From Phallusia mammillata (taxonomy: Eukaryota), in assembly GCA_965637545.1 (NCBI GenBank), contig OZ281501.1, forward strand, positions 15,252,001 to 15,316,000: 64,000 nucleotides of DNA. The letters are read 5' to 3'. Shown one piece after another: positions 51,601 to 62,230 of the stretch (positions are counted from its first letter, which is position 1; the number at the start of each line of letters is the position of its first letter). The notes beneath the pieces were generated by a model. The model saw only the letters and a program-made list of their open reading frames with translations. It was not told the DNA's origin and ran no database searches. A program made the translations under genes and the position numbers.

Positions 51601-52548
51601 CTTGGTTGCAATTAAACTCAACACGAGATCTGTAGATGAAATCCATTCCTTGGTGGTTGACGGAACCATGATCTGGTGCCACTGGTTCATTGCATCGCAA
51701 AACTTACACGTAAAAAAAAACATTTGTTAGGAAAAGTGGGGCAAAAAGTGACTGCACGAAAACTTCGGAACTAAGCTTAAAAATAAAACTACCCGGAAAC
51801 AGAAGGAAAGCTTCACTGTTCCTAAACTTGATTTAATATGTAAACGTTTAATATGTACAATTTTTGGGTAAAACACGTACATTTAATTTTGGGGATGGTG
51901 AGTTTAAACCAAAAATAATAACCCAGAAAAAGCAGGTAAATTTAATTTATACCCAAACAATATTGGGTAATTTAATAGGGTAGAACTGTATTCAACCCAA
52001 CCAGTTTTGGCTTAAAACTACCCAAAAACTATTTTGGTGTCCCCCCCCCCCCCCCCCCCCCAAGATACCAAACTTTTTTGGTTTTTTTTACCCAAATTTG
52101 TTTACAGTGTACAGCAACAGTAAGAGCTTCACGGGGTCTTAGGCTAACCGGCATTTAGTTAATACTGCGAGTTTAGTGAGCACAACAGGTGCTAACAGAG
52201 AGGTCTATACGGTCTACTGCCAGACAGCGCATTTGCAGCCTCAAGGTAGCACAATATATTTCAAATTATTGTTGTCCCCCCCCTCACCCCCCAAAAAAAC
52301 GATCCTAGATACGCCAATGACCCAGCCCACATTGATGTCCATTATTCTAAAGACAAATTTCAACATACCTATGCATCTTGGCTGACCGTTAACCCAAGGA
52401 CCATCCTCTGAGCAGGTTTGAGAACTCGTCCCATTTAGTAGATAACCAGCATTGCACTCGATGTTAACAGTTGAGCCAATGGCGTAGACACTTCGTTGTG
52501 GAACTAGGCGACCGTTCTCAACTACAAAACCCGGACACTTGATTTCAC
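26359..52548 (-). CDS. Gene B: mosaic factor B-lineage protease without vWA (CCPx5-MAM-EGF-CCPx3-WAP-CCP-serine protease); no own signal exon found
   Basis: CCP 52548-52369, 51702-51526, 43755-43579, 41855-41679, 41150-40974; MAM 40160-40050, 39832-39682, 39538-39396; EGF 38834-38724; CCP 38579-38361, 38268-38080, 35325-35149; WAP 31407-31261; CCP 31106-30927; protease 30630-30485, 30050-29927, 29851-29709, 29432-29210, 28864-28717, 27112-26965, 26526-26359. All exons are open and modules are phase 1-1. Their joining into one transcript is inferred. Confidence 0.7.
27501..28655. mobile_element. Unclassified insertion in a gene B intron
   Basis: Absent from the paralogous gene A intron (ggttgaataat|tgatcaagg at ~9275-9290). 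Weak inverted ends ACTGGCCA / ACAGGCCC. Confidence 0.55.
32694..34753 (-). mobile_element. Decayed ZMYM1-type hAT element
   Basis: TIR CAGTGGCGGCTC / GAGCCGCCTCTG. TSD GTTGCATG / GTTGAATG. Relic [19 protein letters not shown] resembles the hAT dimerization domain. Confidence 0.7.
36671..36870. other. Assembly gap (200 N)
   Basis: Run of N. The ~50 bp before the gap is repeated right after it, which suggests a contig overlap. Confidence 1.
37741..37780 (+). ncRNA. Degenerate type I minimal hammerhead ribozyme in the PLE pseudo-LTR
   Basis: AGACA-CTAATGA-T-GC..GC-GAAA-TGCA-TT-TGTTT. The inverted copy reads CTGAT at the same place but is deleted in stem II. Confidence 0.5.
39396..40160 (-). 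CDS. MAM domain (3 exons) of gene B
   Basis: [13 protein letters not shown]...W; GYIAV...LTSPP...CFKFFY; W...[22 protein letters not shown]. Phases 1-1, 1-2, 2-1. Confidence 0.88.
42385..42900. mobile_element. Terminal fragment of the same hAT family as 32694-34753, opposite orientation
   Basis: CAGGGGCGGCTCGTGCGAG end. 42630-42900 is the reverse complement of ~34300-34600. Confidence 0.75.
43304..43360 (-). ncRNA. Type I hammerhead ribozyme motif (PLE-derived)
   Basis: Minus strand CTGATGA-A-GACGAC[CTGTATAGGAC]GTCGTC-GAAA-CG-TC: intact core, 6-bp stem II, palindromic ACGT helix III. Stem I is imperfect. Confidence 0.75.
44530..46100 (-). mobile_element. Decayed Penelope-like retroelement (RT plus GIY-YIG)
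   Basis: [29 protein letters not shown] (RT); [25 protein letters not shown] (GIY-YIG). Multiple frameshifts. 3' end has a mutated hammerhead (44564-44618) and AATAAA. Confidence 0.92.
46143..46187 (+). ncRNA. Type I hammerhead ribozyme motif from a second PLE family
   Basis: CTGATGA-T-GACAG-CAGAGA-CTGTC-GAAA-CG-TC. Perfect core and stem II; stem I only ~2 bp. Confidence 0.65.
46395..50637 (+). mobile_element. Decayed BEL/Pao LTR retrotransposon (gag, RNase H and integrase relics; RT deleted)
   Basis: gag-like LQLIAKLP; Pao RNase [24 protein letters not shown]; integrase [27 protein letters not shown]. Probable 3' LTR 50080-50637; only the tail of a 5' LTR remains (~46395-46437). Confidence 0.88.
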
Positions 52549-53138
52549 CTGCATGAAAGACGTATATACAATCTTAAATGTTATGCGGCCAATCGTTTGA
52601 CGAAACGTATGGTTTTTGAAAGGTAAAACTGCGGTAAAGTTGTAATTCGATTTAAAGACTCTGATTTTATATTGAATTAACGTCCATCGCAAAAAGTCAA
52701 TAGAACATTTTTATAACTCTTTGCAATTAACAAATAAATATTTTCGATGTTACAAAAATAATTCAGTGCATCATATCAGTTAAATATGTAATGCAGAAAA
52801 ATCAAAATATACTTTTAGTGTTCCGAGTAGAAAAATATTTAACACTTTTCGGACAACTGTTCAAAAAGTTTTACTTTACAGAATCAATTTAAACCCAACA
52901 AAATTGGACATACGAGTTTGCTAGCAAGTGAAGCTGAGAGCTAAATGAGAAAGGCGTTTTAAGAGCTCTATCGTTTTAGGCAAAAAAATGAAACATTTTG
53001 TAATATAACTTATCACGTTGAAAGATTCTAGTTGTTAAACTGTATTGAAACGCTTGCTTTGGAATTATGAGGCATCAGTTAAAATCATGATTTCTTTGTC
53101 AAACTAGTTACTAGAAAAACTGATTTCATAGTTTAGAA

Positions 53139-56100
53139 TTATGGATAATTGCAATAGTCGTATTTACCAATGGTTATATCAATCCAACTCTGAACTTTGG
53201 AAACATCGGTATAAAATCCTGGATAGCGGAAACCTGTAGTTCTGTCTACTTTACCACATCCGTATCCAAAACTGACGATTCCAACTTGAATCCAACACGA
53301 ATCTGAAGTGTTTGGGATTTCGTACTGCCAATAGAATTTTTTTAACATTGTTTCCAAAGTCTACTCAGAAAGATTGTTGCATGGCAGATTTGACCACGGC
53401 ACATTAGGCCTACTAGATTAAGATAGGTTATGCTACCAAACAATTAATTATTTAAACAACTAGGTATTATTTTTTTAATTAACTTTTTACTTATTGTACA
53501 CAATTCATTGTTTTCTCCTTGTTTACTAAATTACAGACACCTCTGCAACATATAAAATTCAACAACAGATATGCAACATTTGAGATTTAAAAACAGCTCT
53601 GCGACATTTTTTTCCCTATCTTTTCCCGCCAGCTCAGACAATTAAAATATTCAAAAAAGCTTTATTTTTATAAATCCTAGCTTTATAACTACGATTTAGG
53701 CAAATAGCCAAAACATTCTAAATTCAAACTTTACTTCAAGTGAGGCAGGTTATTGCGCTGTGTCAGAATTGGTATTAAGTTATTAAGTATTGTACAAAAT
53801 ATCGTTGTACCACTGTTAAACTGATAGCGTTTTTTTTTTATAGATTTCAGCGTGATGTCTGCATTTTCTTTTGCTAACATACCTTTCGCATCAAAGGTCC
53901 ACCGCTGCTACCCGAACAAACATCCGATACTTTACTCGTTTCAGGTCGAGCACAAATCATACGGTCCGTATACCTTACATCCAGTAAAGTTTCATCTGCT
54001 ATTTTGTTGACAGCAATTTTACATCTGAAGATGAAAAAGACTATTCTAGATTAAGACTAAACACTACTCTATATGAAGAGTCAGATCGAATAGCATTTTG
54101 CCTTACATTGTGTCAGGTTGAATTTGTTCAGTTGTTTGTTGAAGTTCGAATGGCATTACTCTGCGTGTCAAATCCGTATAATAGAAACCTGTGACGAACA
54201 TCGGTGCTCGATCTTTAGTGTAATGATTCGCAAGCCACTTTCCTAAAAGCAAAATAGTCTTGTACCGCGTTGTTGGGTTATTTTTATCCTAATTGTCTCG
54301 CATCGAATTTTATTAGCTTCACAGTTCAATAGTATTCAACTGCAATAAGACATTAATCAGTATTTCACTTTAATGCATGTTTCGTTGAAAGTCACATCAA
54401 ATCTTTCCATGTAGCCCGGACATCATTTATAAGAAGTATAGTTAATCACACAATAGTTTAGCCAATATGATGCTTGACTGGAAGTTACCTTTCTTGAAAC
54501 ATTTTACACCTTCGGAGTCATTCTCGTTTATTAGTCTGCTTCCATTTTGGAACAAGTAGTTTTCTATCGAAATACATGAGTTACTGCAGGGAAGACATAT
54601 AGGGTTCACATAGGTTGAGAGTGGAATTGTCCCATTAAACTCAGGTGCACTGTCGGTCCAAATCCACTCTCCATTTTCTTTGATGGTACGAAGCTCTATG
54701 CCCACGCGAATCTGAAAAAATGATAACAGCCATATTGTAGAATGATACTTCTCTTTTTCTTTTGTGCCTAGAAAGGGGAAATGCCTTGTTAACTCACACG
54801 GCTGGAATCCCCCTGCAAATATTTTTTGAAGGTCACTGCATCGATTCGAAACTAACACTGATTTTGATTTGCAAAATGATGTTGGCCTAGGTCCAATAGT
54901 ACCCTGCTCGATTTGAGATAATTTGTGGTCGTTTAATACTTCACAAACTTTTAATCTTACCAGTGCAACATCGTAATCATAATTGCTTCTGCCATGTCGA
55001 TCAGATCGATCGAATCTGTCATGTACAACAATATTTCTCGGTTGAAACACAATAACATTCGAGTCGATTTTACTTCTTGTATTGTCAGGTCTTCTGAAAA
55101 TCCCTTTCAAAATAGATGAGAAGTTTGTTGTTTCATGTAACATAGGATGCAAATCCCTGGCATTTTTTTATCTTTTATTACCTACGGCCACTACGAAGCG
55201 TTTTGTCCAATTCTCAATGTTGGAGTAACGATCAAATATATGTGCTGCTGTAAGAACCCAATGTTGATTAATCAGACTTCCACCAGCAAAACTACTCGCG
55301 AAGCTCTAAACAATCACAAAAAGTCGACCAAGTTAGCCATCAAGACCGAGGAATAAAAGTAAAATCGTTTTCTGTCAAGCTGTTTGTTTAAGATTTTGTT
55401 TTGGGGTCTAATAAAACTGTACCGTTGCTTACGTTATATACTTTTCCATTGTTAACCATAATTAAAGCTTGCCATGGCCAAGACCTGTCTGCATCAATTC
55501 CTTCGACAACTCGACCAACGGATCGGGGAGGTGAAGTGCTTATGCGGTTTACAGTTTGTCCACACTTCAGTTTTATACCTACATAAAAATATTAGACTGT
55601 CAAAACAAATTTGCTTAATGCCGTTTCATAAAACCGTGAATAATGCGCATGCGTTGAGAAGGCAATCTGCAACTTTCGCAAACTGAATTGGAATATTTTA
55701 ACTTTTGTCATTCGGTTATTTCAAAAAAATTCGTTAAACTTATACTCAGAAAATTTATAAGATTTTATTTGCTGTTTGATGTTAGGATTTTTAGTGGAAT
55801 ATAAAGGCTTGCTTACAGTAAACCAGCTTTATATGGTTGAAAAACTTAAATCTATAACAATAGCATACTTCTTGCTCTAAAGTAAATTCGCTCACCTGTG
55901 CAATTCGCCATTCCTTCCCAAGTAGCGTTTTCATTGCAAACTGCCCAAGTGCTTCCAATGTTCTCATAACCTATGTCACAGGCAAACTCAATCCGAGACC
56001 TGTAGGTGAAATCAATTCCCTCGGATACGACAAAACCATAATCAGGTGCTACAGGTTCACTGCATCGTAAAACTGTCACAAACATATAAATATCGAAGTT

Positions 56101-57395
56101 TATCGCTGCAAACCAAGTGGTTTTGAACGGAAAAAATGAAACATATGAATTTACCAAGTCAAGACGATTTAAAGAAATCTGAAGCGACGAAAGAACTCAC
56201 TTAAACACCGTGCTGCTGTCCCCGACCATTTCTTGTCACTACGACATGAACGGACAGCGTTTCCCCTTAACACCCAGCCTGGATGGCAACGATATTCAGC
56301 CTGAGATCTGTATCTTGTGTTTCGTGAACGATAAATGACTCTTCCAAACAAAATTACTGGTAATCTGGCACACTCCGCATCTGTTGACGCAAAACGCGAT
56401 AATAAGCTCAGCAGAAAACATCAGTAAAGACATTGTTTGTTTTTTTCATGTTGTGGACAAACTCTTTGATCATATTCATAAACAAGATTTTTGAAGGTCA
56501 TTAAATTGATATCAGTGAACAAATACTTTACGATTTCAACTGTGGCGTTTATAAATACCGTTGTGGAGTTTTTGCAGGCTAAATGGGCAATAAATGTTGA
56601 CGTATCTCACGACTAAATAAATTCAAGGTAAAAAATATATTTAACAATCAAATAATAAGGGCAAGAACAATGCATAAAATTAGAAACCATTCACAACAGC
56701 AATTTAATTTTGTGCGATAAACTTAACTTTGTGCAATTATATTAACCAACCTATGACAAAATTAGAATCAAAACCTTTCACATACCTTTTACTCAAACAT
56801 ATTTCACAATCATTTTTTGCGTAACTTAATTTCGTGAAACGAAGGTGTCTCAAAACCGACACAAAAGTAAAAATCCCGACTTCTTCTGCTCGTGTTTACA
56901 GATATTACCTGGCAATCTATGTTTTAATTCCATTACCATGAACTTACTTGGGTTGAAACACGACATGCCACAAACATCGTCACATCGGCACCGCTTCAGG
57001 CGCCCTCTGCAATCTGAATCGCTTGAACACGGTTTCCGACAAAATCTGCCAAACTCGATGCGACTCAGATCTCTGCTGGAGCAAATTGTTGGTGAAGAAC
57101 CTGCAAAAAATATTCAACTAGTACTAACAATCCTAAAAGCATTTAATTCGTGTTTGCCTGTAAAAGATACAACAATAAAAGGAAATACTGTACATCATCC
57201 TAAAATAAGTTGGAAACGATGGGTCAAAATTTATCTTTGAATTAAACACGACGCTACATCAATACAGTAAATGTAACCGTCGCGTTACAAATTTGATTGC
57301 AAATAAATAGTAACTGATACTTCTTACTTACCAGGTCGTACAATTGAAACTGAACGACAGAATAGTGACAAAAAGAATATACACAAGGTTTTCAT
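53139..57395 (-). CDS. Gene C: complete secreted WAP-CCP-CCP-serine protease (factor B-lineage, no vWA; D194S)
   Basis: Signal 57395-57332 MKTLCIFFLSLFCRSVSIVRP; WAP 57100-56948; CCP 56380-56201, 56072-55896; protease 55578-55433, 55305-55182, 55103-54961, 54711-54489, 54242-54107, 54024-53883, 53324-53139. All GT-AG, in frame, no stops. Confidence 0.93.
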
Positions 57396-57744
57396 CCCAA
57401 TCCTCTAGTTTTCCTGCAAAATACACATCAGTATTAATACTAATTAAATTGATGCAATTTTTGCCAGGGCTGCAATTAAACATTAAATTACAAAAAAATA
57501 CTTTTTGACATTATAGCAACAAATGTAACTGCGATTGATAAATCGGCTGCGACAGTTATGTTTTATTCTAAACTAATCAAGCTCAAGTACCTCCTAGTGT
57601 TTTCAAGCACTATTCCTTCTGCAAGCGAGTTACAACTGTGACAAACATTGCAAGGTGCCAAAAACGAGCAGCTACATACAAAGTGCAGGACAGGAAGTTG
57701 TTATAACTATTTGCGAACCGCTGAAAGTTCACGTTTCATTCGAC

Positions 57745-59255
57745 AAATTTTCGATACAATTACTTTAAACTTAAGGCTACTTTAATTGTTTCCGATTTCT
57801 GGAAAACAGAGTCATGCGCGCAGTATGGATTGTATATGATGCTGCTGTGGCGTTTAAAGTACAAAACCGACAAAGCCAATCAAACCTTTGATTTAGTTTA
57901 CAGGGATAAACAATGTACCACTTAAAAGTGGATTTATCAGAGTGATATAATACACATGTACGAGTGTATGGTGCAGGGGTGGCCAACCGGTCAAAGCCTA
58001 AGATCCACATTTTTACTGTTTTTCCACAAACAGCCACATTTCTCTCCCATTTTAAAGGCTAACTTGACAAAAAAATTACTCAAAAGTTCTTCCCTGCTGA
58101 GAAACTTTGCGGTATTTTCATCTAAAGCACATGCGCCCCAAACTTAAAAATGCCAAGTGGCGAAACTAAATTCATTTCGACGTCACTAATGCATTTACCA
58201 CCAACAATCGCTCAATTCAAACCCAAGAGAAACTGCCCATAAAATATAACGTTCGTCATAACCCAAAAAACACTGATTGAAGCATTATTATTTTGGAACA
58301 CATTTGTTGTAAATATTGCTGTTGCTTTGTGTCTCATTTGAATTGTACGCAACAATTGGCAACCAGTCATTGTTCAACAATTGAATATATGCCATCATAA
58401 TCAAGCCATTATTGCCACATAAGGTTCCAGTTTAAAGGCACGATTTGTGGCCATACGGATAATAAGTTTGTTCAAAAGCAAAATTGTTAAAGCTTTATTT
58501 TATATTTCACGATTTTTGTGCCAGATCGCCACATACTAACCAAAATATACACAGTGGCCCTAAACTTCGACAACGACGTAAGAGCCGCATAAAACAAGAC
58601 GAAGAGCCGCATGCGGATCGCGAGCCACGGGTTGGCCACCCCTGGTATAGTGTATACAGCAACACAACAGTACAACTTTTGTACACTGACTGCATATTAT
58701 GTAAAAACAATATTAGCAATTTGCTTACCGACAAAAATCTTCTTGCAGCCTTTTACAAATCAGCTCATTTTTTCTTTTCCACATGATTTCATCAAAATAT
58801 GTGTCTCAGTTATAAAAAGCATCTTTACTACACAACGTAAACAGTTTTGCCACATGAATCGCGATTGTTTTCATTTTTTGCTTTCCAAACTGCAACAGAA
58901 AGTTTTCCGCAAAGTTTTTGATCCAACTGTTTGGTATTAAAATACTGACAAAGTTCCATTTGGTGCGCGGATCTTGCACGATAATAAAAATCAACGTAGT
59001 TTGCCGATAGCATAAAGCGCCTGTCGGGCACAAAATCAAGATGCTTTAACTATGCAGGTGCTGTGTCGTTATGCAGCCTCTTTTTCAATTGCTTTTTTAT
59101 GAAGTGTGTTAAACTCGATTGGCGTTTGTTTCATCATCCAAAAAAATACTAAATTTTTCATAAGGTTTTGTTGCCTAATGCATTTGCGCTTGCTGTGCGG
59201 TACATTTTTAAAGTCGACCAAACAAGGAGAATATGGAATCATGGTTTGTTCATAG
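57745..59255 (+). repeat. Repeat family F copy with a nested MITE
   Basis: Colinear with 24200-25040 apart from the 57974-58644 insertion. Ends where the hAT at 59256 begins. Confidence 0.8.
57974..58644. mobile_element. hAT MITE
   Basis: TIR CAGGGGTGGCCAACC / GGTTGGCCACCCCTG. TSD GTATGGTG / GTATAGTG. Absent from the 24.4-kb copy. Confidence 0.9.
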
Positions 59256-62230
59256 CAAGGGCGAAAATCCATTAAAATTATTTGGGGGGGACCTACGACC
59301 GCTGTGAGTAGATGACGTCACCTCGATTGGAGAAGTCATGACGTCACCAAAAAGATTTGACAACAGATAATACGTTGCCTCGAAACCTTTGCAGCAAACG
59401 TAAGAAGGAAAAAAGAAAACAGATTTTAAGTTTTAACATTTTTGTGTATTGTAAACAAACAACAAAATAACAAACGAAAAAATCTATGACACATAATCAG
59501 TTTTGTTGTCAAACATGTCCAAACATGTTTCGACGAATTTCCGAAACAGTAACAAACTCTTTAGTGGTTTCTTCAACCGGTACTTGATCGAGTAAATCTG
59601 AATGCACGTGACAAACAGCTAGATGATTTAAGCGAACCTGGGTAGTCGTGCTTCTTAGCCAAGTTTTTAGACTCCGAAGTGTTGAAAAACTTCGCTCGCA
59701 TTCACAAGAGCTGACAGGGCACACCAAAAGCAGTTTGAGCAAAATAAACACCTGTGTGAATAACTGGCGTAGCTCGGAACTCATAGCGCGATAAGCTAAC
59801 TTCGCTTCATTTACAGAACTTGCCCCCGTGTGCTGCTTAAACATCGGCAACTGTACAGATAGTTGAGTTACATTCAATTCGGGATATTTTGAAATTAAAT
59901 CTAAATTTGTTGCTGTGCCCTTCATTATCATATTTTCGATTTCCAAATATGTTTGGAAGCTTGAGTTGCGGACATCATACCGTTTCTGCAAACACCCAAG
60001 TAAACAGTCAATAAACTCCACGTACAACAATCTGTAATGGTCTTTGGCACATTCGGCGTGGAAGTGCGGTGAGGATCCAGCGAAAAGCGGTGTCGGCTGC
60101 CGACGGCGTGGCACAGAAATTTCATCAAGCCCCAAATTCGCTGATATCTTTGTTGCTTCATCAAAAAGGTTCGTGTACATTATAGGGTCACGAAATACTT
60201 GTATCTGCTTCGCTGTTGTCGCTACAGCCTCTATTGAACCTGCATAACATACAAACCTAAGCATTCTGTGTCTAAAAATTGGTACAATTTACTACCTGAT
60301 AAATTTGAAGAAGATGCCTGCATCGAGCTGTTTAGTTGTTCCAGCAGAGCTATTGGTTTTTTAACAAGGTATAAAGCTAAGAATGTTTCGGTTTTCTCGA
60401 AACGATTCAAAAGAGCATTGGCTTTGGTGGCAGAATCTGTACTCCCCTCCGACATGCTGCGAAGACTTTCAGTTACAGCAGAATAATTTTCCAATACCGA
60501 TAAAATTGCCGACAATCGACAAAGCCAACGAGTTGGACAAAGCGGCCGAATCGATGCTTTTGTATTGATGAACTCCGTACTACAAGCAACAACGCTTTCA
60601 AACACAACCTGCAAACATTAATCATGATTTAATAATCACATAAAAAAACGCATAAAATAGTTACGTCGCATTACCTTAAACTTTCCAGATCTCTTAAATA
60701 ACACGCCGAGTTCATGGACCCATTGGACGGCGTCCCTGAAAAATGGACAACTTGCAATTGATTCCTGCATAACCAAGTTTGCTAATTGTGACTGGCAATG
60801 GAAATATGTGGCGAGTGGGTACTGACTGCTAATAACGGCTTGACACCCATTGTACTTCCCACTCATATTTGAGGCTCTGTCGTACGTTTGTGCACGTGTT
60901 TGACCAGCAGATAGGGAAAATCGAGTCAGAACGTCTAAAATTATCCTTGCAATTGCATCTCCAGTTGTCTGCTGCATTTTGTGCAGACCCAGAAAATCTT
61001 CATGTACACATAGCTCCGAATCGACATGGCGGATGCAAACAGACTCCAGCTCACTTCCACAAATATCTTGTGTGCCGTCGACCATCACTGCGAACATACC
61101 ATTGGCTTTAATTTTAGACGCTAAAATTCGTAAAATAAAGTGACTGAACATTTGTGTCATTTCCTACTGACCACGAAATGAGGTGAAGTTGGTTTTTCGC
61201 TGGAGGAACTCTTTTAACTCGGAACTATCTTCAGCACGAAGTTTTAGGAGTTGGTGGTAATTTCCTTCTCCCTCGTCATGGCCTCGGATAGCAAGACCTT
61301 GTCGCAACAAATATCGCAACGACGTGAACAATTTTATCAGCGATCGCCTGGCGGCAGCTTGTTGTTCGTTAAAGCCTGTGTTTATTTGAAGTGCAACAGA
61401 CTTCCGCTTTATGGCATCTAGTTGCATGGTGGCAAAGGTATGTGTTTCTGTTAGTTGGTGCAAATCAAATGAACTCTTTCCCTTTTTTCCAGTTTCGAAA
61501 ACCGTCTGATATAAACGCAGGCTCTTTTTTTGAACTGCGTGCAACAAACCCAGTTTGTCTGCTTTTGAACAAATAAAACAGAGCACCCCATTAACACCTG
61601 GTACGCAATGGATCCACGGGAATAAAACATACCACTTGGTCTGAAATTTTACAAATATACCGCCGCAGTTCTTTGCTGGCAAATGGCTTACATCTTCTGG
61701 TTGGTTCGGGCAGGATTGTGACAAAAGATCCGCAGAATTTATTTCTGTTAAACAGGAGTTGCTTCCCCCATCTGTTGTTGTGGAACTGGTTTTACCTTTG
61801 AGTATTTTCAATTCCTTCTCTACTAAAACACTTTCAGGCACTGCAGAATTGACCTTATTTACTTTCCTCAAGTTTGTTTTTCCACTCGCTGCGTTGGAAA
61901 CGAAATACTGTTCTATCTTGCTAACTTTAAGCCGTTTAACGTTTTGAGACATTATTCTTGTAGTGCCGCAAATATTCCATCAACTAAATGCACTGTCAAG
62001 CTTTTTGCACAGATATCAAACAATTCGATTGAGTTCCATTGTTGACAACAATGTGGATTATGAAGTAGTATTATGTCGTTAGATTTGTGTGATATTTAAC
62101 AATAGACTTATATCTTATTTTTAGCTCAAGGGTAATAAAAATATTGGGGGGACAGATGAATGGAAGTAGCCCCCCAACCACATTTTTGGGGGGACAAGTC
62201 CCCCCCCGTCGTCCCCCCGTAAATGTTGCT
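59256..62230 (-). mobile_element. Near full-length ZMYM1-like hAT transposon; transposase pseudogene with two introns
   Basis: ORFs 61952-59509: TTF-type zinc finger FPW..CFIC; RYLLRQGLAIRGHDE; FAVMVDGTQD; YFHC; LCPTRW; PVSSCECERSFSTLRSLKTWLRST. In-frame TAG at 61164. GT-AG introns ~60670-60613 and ~60295-60240. Right boundary approximate. Confidence 0.88.

Noticed and set aside
52039-52060. Poly-C run / G-quadruplex candidate
   Set aside because: Simple homopolymer in a probable transposon end; length unreliable.
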